NCBI GenBank assembly: GCA_035480715.1 | Contig: DATIHL010000015.1 | Span: 72,384-136,383 of the forward strand | Direction of reading: 5' to 3' | DNA from: Candidatus Saccharimonadales bacterium | Lineage (GTDB): Bacteria; Patescibacteriota; Saccharimonadia; Saccharimonadales; UBA10212 | Length of the DNA stretch: 64,000 nt | Shown here: piece by piece, positions 50,894 through 59,600 of the stretch | Layout: each line of letters begins with the position of its first letter | Numbering within the stretch: position 1 is the stretch's first letter | Program-made: the position numbers and the translations under genes | The notes under the pieces: generated by a model | The model's input: only the letters and a program-made list of their open reading frames with translations | What the model was told of the DNA's origin: nothing | Databases searched by the model: none

Positions 50894-52514
50894 CCTGTCC
50901 TAGAATTATAACAAAGGCAGTACCGAGTGGTGGACTAATGCCAAAACTGCTAGGCAGTTTGCTAACAGCCGCTACACCGAAGCGCTGTTCCAGGTAGTGG
51001 CGGGTATATTTATCTACACCTTTGCTTAAATCTACGATGGTCGTCGCCAATGGATTAGTAGCATTTGTCGCATTCTGGACCGTAGTGACGTTGTAACCAT
51101 AGGATTTGAGGGTGGTGGCAGTCGTTGTGGCCAGTCCCGCAGTCGTCGTGGCATTGTAAATGGCAACCTGGGCGTTTTCTTTAGCAATAAAGCCGTCGCG
51201 TAGGGCGTTTCTGACGTAACTTTTCATATCATCGTATTCAAACAGCCCGGCCCGTGGTTCAACAATTGAAAGCCCGTTTATGTTACCTGTTGTCAGAAGG
51301 TTATGCGGCGGTGTGACCAGATCGAGTGAAACGATAGCGTTAGAGCGTACTTTGGATGTAATCTGGTAAACGCGGCTAAGATCAGATCGTGAAAAGTCGG
51401 TATAAACATTGCTGCCAAAGCTGTCCAACAGTGAAGAGATTCGTACCGGATTAGCGAACGTGCCGGCCGAGAGAATTTTGTCCTTTAGGGCAACCAAAAT
51501 CAGACGTTGGCGCTCGCCGCGGGCAAAATCAGAGCTGGTCTCGCGCGATTTAGCGTAAAGCAGCGCCTTGTGTCCGTTCATATGCTGTAGGCCCTTCTGG
51601 GCGATAATTGAATTATAGTTGTTCTCCCAGGCAATTGTCGGGTCGTAAAGCTGCTCTGGAACATTAACATCCACGCCGCCCACAGCATCAACCGCTTGCT
51701 GAAAAGCCGTAAAGTCTACTACAGCGTGATAATGGATTGGCACGCCAATAACCGGCTCCAGCGTCCGATCGAGCAAATCAAGCCCGGCCCTCTCTTTATC
51801 AATCAGGTTTTTAGCTTTTGACTGCTGTTTCCCGTAAGGGTAAGCAGCGTTAATTTTTTGATAGCCGTCTCCCGGTATTTTGACCCATAGATCTCTAGGG
51901 ATGCTTAGTAGCGCTATCTTATTGTTTATGGGGTCGATGCTGGCCAGCAGAATCGTATCTGTTAAGTCCGGTCCATCGTGGCCGGGGCCGCCGATGCCAA
52001 GCAGTAAAATATTTACACGACCGTCGCCTTCGCCTTTAAGCTGGCTAATATCAACATCGCTGGCGAGGGCTGGTGCCCGCCCGCCACCGCGGAACAGGTG
52101 TCTTTGAGTAATATAGAACTTCGCTCCCAGATACAAGCCACCAGCCAAAAGTAGAATTAATAGCGATAAGGTAATGCGTTTAAGTGTTTTGCGCAGGCGA
52201 GCACGGCGAATTCGGCCTCGGACCTTATCCTTACGTTTGTCGTAATCAAGCTCGTCTAAAACGATCGGCTCATCAAGTATCGCTTCGCGCTCTGCGGCTT
52301 CGGCCGCAGTGCCGCCTAGACCGCCCGGTGACTGCCGCGTGGCATGGAATCCATCAGACCGCCGGGTAAATGCATCCAGCGTAGGCGTTTGATCACCTCT
52401 GTTGGGGCTGTAGGAATGACTGATCGGTACGCCTAAACGGCGGCCACCCGAGACAATCCCGTCTATCGAGGCTGGCCTTTTGTTCAGCCCGTCCGGCTTT
52501 TTTTTATCGCGCAT
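50874..52514 (-). CDS. LytR-CpsA-Psr (LCP) family protein with C-terminal LytR_C-like domain
   Basis: NILLLGIGGPGHDGPDLTDTILLASIDP and RDLWVKIPGDGYQKINAAY. Start set at MRDKKKPDG (ATG 52514); the ORF-track TTG start is 52544. Confidence 0.82.
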   Translation of the reverse strand: MRDKKKPDGLNKRPASIDGIVSGGRRLGVPISHSYSPNRGDQTPTLDAFTRRSDGFHATRQSPGGLGGTAAEAAEREAILDEPIVLDELDYDKRKDKVRGRIRRARLRKTLKRITLSLLILLLAGGLYLGAKFYITQRHLFRGGGRAPALASDVDISQLKGEGDGRVNILLLGIGGPGHDGPDLTDTILLASIDPINNKIALLSIPRDLWVKIPGDGYQKINAAYPYGKQQSKAKNLIDKERAGLDLLDRTLEPVIGVPIHYHAVVDFTAFQQAVDAVGGVDVNVPEQLYDPTIAWENNYNSIIAQKGLQHMNGHKALLYAKSRETSSDFARGERQRLILVALKDKILSAGTFANPVRISSLLDSFGSNVYTDFSRSDLSRVYQITSKVRSNAIVSLDLVTPPHNLLTTGNINGLSIVEPRAGLFEYDDMKSYVRNALRDGFIAKENAQVAIYNATTTAGLATTTATTLKSYGYNVTTVQNATNATNPLATTIVDLSKGVDKYTRHYLEQRFGVAAVSKLPSSFGISPPLGTAFVIILGQDARPSN

Positions 52515-52601
52515 CACAATATTGAACCAGTATACCATTAGCAATTAACTACAGGAACAGACGCTGTTCGGGTTCCTGACAGCTAATTGATGATTATTAA
52601 A

Positions 52602-52619
52602 TACTTGACTTGTTAAGTA
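52602..52619. repeat. P palindrome copy 4 (TACTTGAC-TT-GTTAAGTA)
   Basis: One mismatch to the consensus. Lies in the divergent region between the LCP gene and lepB. Confidence 0.7.
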
Positions 52620-52676
52620 ATTTTTCAGAGTCATTTCAGTCTCCATACTTATACTCTTAAGCTATAATGGTAGCTT

Positions 52677-53429
52677 ATGCAGCCTGAACGTAACCTGAAT
52701 TCCAACCCCGTTCCACGTAGCCCGGAGGATCTGCGCAATCTAGAACCAGTATTACCAAGCTCGGGCGCAACCCATCCCAGCTCGCCTTCGGCGCCAGTGC
52801 AAACTCCTCCGGAGTATAACTCTCCCCCACCTCCTCCGCCCAGACGCATACAGCGTTTTGAAGGTTGGCCTTCAATTTTCTCGACGCTAACGCTATTTTT
52901 ACTGGCACCGGTTATAGCTTTGTCGATTGCGGCTTTTGTAGTCCAGTCTTATCAGGTTGATGGACAGAGCATGGAAACCACCTTGCAGAACAATGATCGT
53001 CTGATCGTAGATAAATGGCCCCGTTCTTGGGCCCGTCTTACTGGCCATGAATATGTACCAAAACGCGGCAATATTATTATTTTTAACCAAACAGGGCTGG
53101 ATTTTGCCGGCGGCGGCTCTAAACAGCTAATTAAACGGGTTGTGGGCTTACCTGGTGAGCGCATTGTAGTCAGTGGTGGCAATATTACAATCTTTAACCG
53201 CGAACACCCAGACGGTTTTGATCCCGATAAATCTGGTATTTATCACATTAGTGCGACCGTTACGCCTGGCGAAGTCGACCAGACGCTAAAGGCCGGTGAG
53301 ATTTTTGTCTGCGGCGATAACCGCACTAACTCAGAAGACTCGCGTTATTTTGGCCCGGTCAAGCTCAATCAAATCGTAGGCAAATTGTCCTTCAGGATCA
53401 TCCCACTCGGCAAAGCCCAAAGATTCTAA
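52677..53429 (+). CDS. lepB: signal peptidase I with Pro-rich N-terminal extension
   Basis: 250 aa. GQSMETTL (catalytic Ser), KRVVGLPGERI, GDNRTNSEDSRYFGPV. Confidence 0.9.
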   Translation: MQPERNLNSNPVPRSPEDLRNLEPVLPSSGATHPSSPSAPVQTPPEYNSPPPPPPRRIQRFEGWPSIFSTLTLFLLAPVIALSIAAFVVQSYQVDGQSMETTLQNNDRLIVDKWPRSWARLTGHEYVPKRGNIIIFNQTGLDFAGGGSKQLIKRVVGLPGERIVVSGGNITIFNREHPDGFDPDKSGIYHISATVTPGEVDQTLKAGEIFVCGDNRTNSEDSRYFGPVKLNQIVGKLSFRIIPLGKAQRF

Positions 53430-53580
53430 ATTAACCTAATTGACTTAACTTCTAATTGACCTAAATAATTCATAAACCTCAAATACCAAACGGCTTGGAT
53501 CATTGGAGCTCGGTGCCTGTTTAGAGTACTTAGGTTAATTAGAGTAATTAGAAATTTTAGCGTTAGTGGTTTGGGTACTT

Positions 53581-54468
53581 TTATTGTTCTGGGCTATTTT
53601 GGAGTTTTTGGGCAAGTTTTTCGAGCTCTTGCTCATCGGAAAAATGAATAATTAACTGGCCACCCTTGGCTGTATGCTTGATTTTGACTAACGTGTTGAG
53701 TTTATGACTCAATTTCTTTGTTAAATCGGTTTCTGAGGCTGTTTTACTACTTGCCTGTGTTGATGTTGCACCCTTGCGAGCGGCTACTACAAACTGTTCA
53801 GCCTGACGTACCGTCCATCCGTTGTCCAAAATACTACTAAGTAATTCCTCCTGTTTAGCCGGTTGCTCCCTTAAAGCCAGTATGGCTCTAGCGTGTCCCT
53901 CGCTGATCTTCCCATCTCTTAACGCTTCGCGCGCACTGTCCGGTAACTGTAGTAAACGGGCCATATTGCTGACTGTACTGGGAGCTTTTCCTAGTTTTTC
54001 AGCAATTTTTTCGAGTTCCAGATTAAACTGATGTTGTAATTTATAAACAGCTAACGCTTGTTCTAGAGGTGAAAGGTCTACTCTCTGGATGTTTTCAATA
54101 AGCGCTAGCTCTATTTCCTCTAGTTCCTCTAGTGAGCGGATGATCGCCGGTATGTGAGTCAGCTTGGCAGCCTGCGCTGCCCGCCATCGGCGCTCGCCAG
54201 CGACTATGCGGTAGGCAGTTTTAGCGCTGTCTGGGCCGCTTGCCCGTACTACTATGATTGGCTGCAGGACGCCGTGACGCTTAATCGATGCCGTCATCTC
54301 GTCGTGCTCTTTTTTGCCGTGTTCGCGGCGGGGTTGGTCGGGATTGGGCAAGATATCGCTTATGAGTAATTTTTGTACGCGGTTTTTATCTTCATCAAAA
54401 ATGGCGACATCGATATCCTTAGGAATTAGTGTGTCTAAGCCGCGTCCTAATGTTAGTTTTTTAGCCAT
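53581..54468 (-). CDS. parB: chromosome partitioning protein ParB
   Basis: 295 aa. GVLQPIIVV and IVAGERRWRAA box, plus an HTH region. Confidence 0.9.
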   Translation of the reverse strand: MAKKLTLGRGLDTLIPKDIDVAIFDEDKNRVQKLLISDILPNPDQPRREHGKKEHDEMTASIKRHGVLQPIIVVRASGPDSAKTAYRIVAGERRWRAAQAAKLTHIPAIIRSLEELEEIELALIENIQRVDLSPLEQALAVYKLQHQFNLELEKIAEKLGKAPSTVSNMARLLQLPDSAREALRDGKISEGHARAILALREQPAKQEELLSSILDNGWTVRQAEQFVVAARKGATSTQASSKTASETDLTKKLSHKLNTLVKIKHTAKGGQLIIHFSDEQELEKLAQKLQNSPEQ

Positions 54469-55222
54469 TTAATCGCTTCTCCAGTTCTTTCGCTAAGGCC
54501 TTATAGGCCCGCGCGCCTTTGCTCCATTTATCATGTTCTATTATAGTACGCCCGAAGCTTGGGGCCTCAGCTAAGCGAACATTGCGTGGAATAACGGTGT
54601 TAAATACTTTACCGCTGAAGTGTTTTTTGACTTCTGCCTCTACCTGTTCAGCTAGAGATGTTCGGCTATCGTACATAGTCAGTACTATTCCCAGCAGGTT
54701 GAGACCGGGATTGATAGCTTGCTTGATTTTGTTGATGGTGTCGATTAGCAGACTTAAGCCTTCCATAGCGTAATATTCGGTTTGGACAGGTACCAGCGCG
54801 TCACTGGCTGCAGCCAGTCCATTAATGCTAAGCAAGCCCAAGCTTGGCGGACAGTCAATCAAGATGTAGTCATATTCAAGGTTACTCAGAATCTGACGCA
54901 GTTTTAGTTCGCGGCCAACTTCGGCAGCTAGCTCGATTTCGGCAGCAGCTAGGTTGGCATTGCTGGGAATAATAAATATGCCGTCAGTGTTTGTCGGGCG
55001 GATACTGTTTGATACCTCTGCGCGATTAAATAGTACGTCGTACAATGTTGAGTCTAAGTTTCTTTTATCCAGGCCTAGTCCACTAGTGCTATTGCCCTGC
55101 GGGTCGGCATCAACTACCAATACACTGCGGCCGCTGCGCGCCAAATAGGCCGCCAAATTAATAGTGGTGGTAGTTTTGCCTACTCCCCCTTTTTGATTAA
55201 TAACCGCAACGATGTGGTTCAC
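54461..55222 (-). CDS. parA: chromosome partitioning ATPase ParA/Soj
   Basis: 253 aa. Deviant Walker A NQKGGVGKTTT. 8-nt overlap with parB. Confidence 0.92.
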   Translation of the reverse strand: MNHIVAVINQKGGVGKTTTTINLAAYLARSGRSVLVVDADPQGNSTSGLGLDKRNLDSTLYDVLFNRAEVSNSIRPTNTDGIFIIPSNANLAAAEIELAAEVGRELKLRQILSNLEYDYILIDCPPSLGLLSINGLAAASDALVPVQTEYYAMEGLSLLIDTINKIKQAINPGLNLLGIVLTMYDSRTSLAEQVEAEVKKHFSGKVFNTVIPRNVRLAEAPSFGRTIIEHDKWSKGARAYKALAKELEKRLNG

Positions 55223-55360
55223 TTTTTATTTGCCCTTATGCTTCTTATATAGTCTACCATCATCAAGTTATACAGTAAACAGCGGTCTTGCCTTAGGCGA
55301 GCCGGCTCGCGTCAAAACCAAACTTGCTTATGTTGAGTAATCTAAGGTAAATTAACACCT

Positions 55361-56098
55361 ATGGACGATATGAAAGCCCGTTATCGGTTTTCGACACCGA
55401 AGGCTCATAAAACACACAGGCCTTCAAACGCGCCATCTAACCACCTGATTCACGAGGCACTTCAGGGAGATACTTCAAAGAAAAGCTGGAAATTGCTTAA
55501 TTCACCTTCAAGATTTGCGCTTTTGCTTATTTTAATCTCGGGGTTGAGCATTGCTGCTATTATTCTTACGCGGCATAGTCATAGACAATCTCAAGGCAGC
55601 GGCGGTTCAGCAGTAAGCCAGGCAAATTCCGCGAACCAGCAAAATCAGCAAGTACAATCGCCTAAAGGTGGACAATCAGCTCAACAATCAATCACATCGC
55701 CGTCTTTCGTCAATGAAGCTCCAGCTTTTACTGTTTATTATCCCTCCAGTCCGCCGCAAAGCCTGACAGTTGATAAATCCACGATTACTTATTCCAAGAA
55801 TTCATTCAGTTTTAACCTAGCTCAAAATGGCCAAGACCAATTTTATGTTAACGAACAGCCCGCCGGTGACAATTTCAGTTACCAGCGGCTAAAGGCCCGT
55901 CTGGGCTCTCCAAATGAAACTAATACCGCACTCGGTATGGGAATTTTTGGTACTATTGGAGTCAATTTTATAACTGCCGTAAGAACAGATAAAAATACCC
56001 TGATAATTGTTAATTGCGCTGCTCTGGAATGCGGAGTACCATCTAAAAATTTAATTAACTCCATGCAGATAAACAACACTCCTACTAGGCTGAGGTAG
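55361..56098 (+). CDS. membrane-anchored hypothetical protein (paralogue pair, first member)
   Basis: 245 aa. Basic N-terminus, one TM helix, Q/S-rich linker, then a beta-rich domain beginning FTVYYPSSPP. Confidence 0.55.
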   Translation: MDDMKARYRFSTPKAHKTHRPSNAPSNHLIHEALQGDTSKKSWKLLNSPSRFALLLILISGLSIAAIILTRHSHRQSQGSGGSAVSQANSANQQNQQVQSPKGGQSAQQSITSPSFVNEAPAFTVYYPSSPPQSLTVDKSTITYSKNSFSFNLAQNGQDQFYVNEQPAGDNFSYQRLKARLGSPNETNTALGMGIFGTIGVNFITAVRTDKNTLIIVNCAALECGVPSKNLINSMQINNTPTRLR

Positions 56099-56102
56099 GG
56101 CG

Positions 56103-56627
56103 ATGGAAGGACAAAATCCCAAGCATGTGTCTCATTTTCGCAAGAAAAAGCTTGTGGCAGTTATCGCCGTTCTGGGCATTGTTTTGATATTGGTGGTCGT
56201 CGGTGCTTGGCTTTATGGGCAAAAAAGTGCATCGCCAGTGCCCAAAAATATCAAAAATGCGGTCAGCTTCCCCATTTATTATCCTGATCAGAAAAAATTG
56301 CCGGCCGGTTATATCCTTGATACAAAATCGTTTGCTAATCCCGTTAAAAACGGTGTGTCCTACGCTGTAAATTACGGTAACGGCCAAAAGCTGATCTTTT
56401 CAGTCCAGCCAAAGCCGTCGGATAATGAATTACAAAGTTTTTACGGCAATTACATTCCGTTGAGAATTGATATTCAAATACCCAATGGCCAAGCCGAAAT
56501 AGGAACCTATCATAACCAAACTCTAGTAAGCCTTCCGGTTATCAATGGACCTTGGATTATTATTACCGGTCCCCAAAACACTAACCAGAGCCAGCTAAAA
56601 CAAGTACTTTCCGCTTTGCGGAAATAA
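56103..56627 (+). CDS. membrane-anchored hypothetical protein (paralogue pair, second member)
   Basis: 174 aa. One TM helix, then a domain beginning VSFPIYYPDQKKLP, laid out like the upstream gene. Confidence 0.55.
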   Translation: MEGQNPKHVSHFRKKKLVAVIAVLGIVLILVVVGAWLYGQKSASPVPKNIKNAVSFPIYYPDQKKLPAGYILDTKSFANPVKNGVSYAVNYGNGQKLIFSVQPKPSDNELQSFYGNYIPLRIDIQIPNGQAEIGTYHNQTLVSLPVINGPWIIITGPQNTNQSQLKQVLSALRK

Positions 56628-56631
56628 ATTT

Positions 56632-59600
56632 CTAATTGCCAGTAACAATCAACTGGTCAAGGGTTACAGTGTTTTGCGAGGCACTAGCGCCCCATGTAGG
56701 ATAGATGTAGAGATTTTTGGCGGTGGTCGATGTAACAGTGGTGCTGGTTGTAGACACAACCGGAAAGCTACCCAAAGAAGTGGTAGAAGCAGCCGTGGTT
56801 TGGTAATTGTAAATACCTTGGCCATTCATTGAAGTGGTAGAGAAACAAATAATTGTAAAATCAAGTGACCATAATTGGTTTGACGCCCCGTTGGCGCCCG
56901 CTATTGCCGGGGTATCAACACCTATTTTAGTATCATTTCCTCTAGTTGTAGCATCGGTGCCGTAGTAAACGCTCATGCCAAGTGTTGGGGTGTTAGTATT
57001 GCTCCAGTGGCCTTTTGCCATAATATGGATGGCTCTTCCGGCCTGGCAATAGTTGGCAGGTATGGGAGCGGCGCTATTAAAGGCTGCGCAGGCAGTGGTG
57101 CAGCTGGCTATAGTATTGCCGGCTGGGATCGATGTATTAGAGTACAACAAGCCATTACATGTAAGCCAAGAGCCGGCCTGGCCGCACATAAAGTTGTGAT
57201 CACTCGCACTATAGAACATGGCGCCATTGATTACCGTGGACGGCGCATTTGTAGCCGTTCCGGCGTTAAAGGTCGAATTACTATCGCTATCAAGCACCAA
57301 AAGCTCGCCAGCCGTCTCGCCAGTCGAACCACTACCGACAATCACGTTAGCATTAGATGTATCAACCGTCAGAATAGCAGTGCCTGAAGAATTCTGTACC
57401 TGCAAACCAGTGGTGGTATCAGCTTGGTTCTTAAAGGTCACCGGGTTGGTAACGGTACCGTTAAATTGCAGCTTGCCCTCATAGTAGGAGTTAACAGTCG
57501 AACCAGACTCCAGCAACACGCCATCCACATAGAAGGCCGGAGTCCTGGCAGTGCTATCGCTTTGGCGGATAAATATGTAACCACCGGTGGTAACCGTACT
57601 GGTCGTGAAGGTACATGAATATCTGGCCCAAGTAGTAGTAGCCGAGGAGTTGTTCAATGTACAGGTTGATTCGCCGGCAAAGGTGTCATTATCAGCCCTA
57701 CCGGCTTGGATCGTAACTGTTCCGCTACCAGAGCGCGCCCAGAAACTTAAGGCGTAATTCGTAGAGCTGCTTAATAAGGTTGCAGTATCGTATTTAGCCC
57801 CAGCGTTGGTGGTAGCAGAGGTATTAATAGCTAAGGATTTATTGCCCACTATTTGGGCGGTACTACTACTGGATACCGAGCCGCTACCTGTATTGATTGC
57901 CCAGTTAGTAGTATCTGTTTCAAAGCTGGCGTTACCAACCAGGTTGTTATTGGTAGTATCGGCTAGGAATAAGTTGTTGTTGCCAGATGTGTTTTGTATT
58001 TGGAAGCCGGTGGTCGAGTTGCTGGAGTTCTTAAACAATGCCGAACCATTGCTTTGAGAGAAGGTGGCGATGGTACTGCCGTTGGTTTTCAAATTCAAAT
58101 CATAGGCGTCATTAGTGCCAAGGTCGGCCGTTGCGCCAAAGCTGTTGCCATCATCAACAAAGGCCGATAGAGTAGCATCTCCGGCACTTAATACGCGGTT
58201 GGCCTGCAAGAAACTACCGGCCTGCACAGTAGTGTTACCGACAGTGGCAGAGGCTTGAGCGAACTGAAATGTTACAGTTTGAGCAGTTGAGCCGTTGACT
58301 ATTATGCCCATTAGCTCGTACTCGTCCGAGAGATTGTTTGCAGCCTGGTTGTTTGGGCTTTGGTTAGCGCTACAGGCAATATTACTTTCGGTTTTGGCAT
58401 TTTCGAAGTCACCATATCCCCACGTACAAGATGTTGTTGACTGCGGCACATCAAAGTGCCACTTCCAACCGGCAGTGCGTGCAGCACTGACGAGGCTAAG
58501 TACAAAGCGGAAGTTCCAGGTCTCGTTGGCGCCAATTGAGAACTTGAGAGCCGTATCGCTGACTAGGGTAGTTGAGTTGTTAACACTTTGGTCCGAGGAT
58601 TTCACCTGGTTGACCACCGGGTTTACACTTAAGTACTGGGTGGTCATGGACTTCCAGGTTGAACCGTTGTAGCCTTCGAAATCGGTACCGGTCCAGCGGA
58701 TAGTACCAGCGTTAGTATTAGTGGTAGTACCAATATTTATAGCGCCATTTACCTGTAAGGTTTCATTGGGCGTTGATGAAGTGCCAACCCCGAGTTTACC
58801 GTTAACCTGAGTGTAACCGGCAATCGACGAACCTATATTAACTCTAGTGGTCGAGCCTGAGGTGGCACTGGTACCGATATTGATGGTCTGCGTGTTACCA
58901 TTACCCGCTGAAGCGCCAATAGCAATGGTATTAGTGGCAGTGGAATTTCCTAAAGTTATGCCCCCCGTGTTATTGGATGTACCAATGGTATAGGTGGCTG
59001 AGGCAGCACCCTGGACCGTAAAGGATGTTGTGTTAGTAGTACCACCGATAGTAACTCCGGTCGCCGTAGAAGTACCGACGCTCAAAGCGCCGGAAACCGA
59101 ATCAAACAAGGCGCTTGTAAAGCTGGTATTAGCCTGTCCGCTGCCAGAAATTCGGAAGTCGGCTGTTTGGTCAGATGTGTTCTGGTTTTCTATCGATGCG
59201 CCACCGGCACCGGCAAACTGCCAAGAAGCCCCGCCGTTAGTGTTGGACCAAACTAGCGTGCCGGTGCTGCCCGGAGGAATTCTGATGCCGCTAATTGTGA
59301 AATAATTACCTGTAGCTGCAATATTTGCTATGTAAATCGTACGCCCATAGGTTGTGCTGGCTGTTGGCGTTGGGATTGTATAGGCTCTACCCGATGCTGA
59401 AGGAGCAATACTAAAGCTGCTGTAGATATTGACAGTGGAGGCAGCTGAGCCTATGGAACCAGCAGATAAATCTCCTAGGGCTAGGGTGGTGTTAACGGTA
59501 GCACCATTGTTAGTTACAGTCCCAAACCCAGCCGCATTACCTAGTAAGATTGACAGACCGGCCGCACCTTGCAAGGTAATCGTCGATGTATTGGTGGTGC

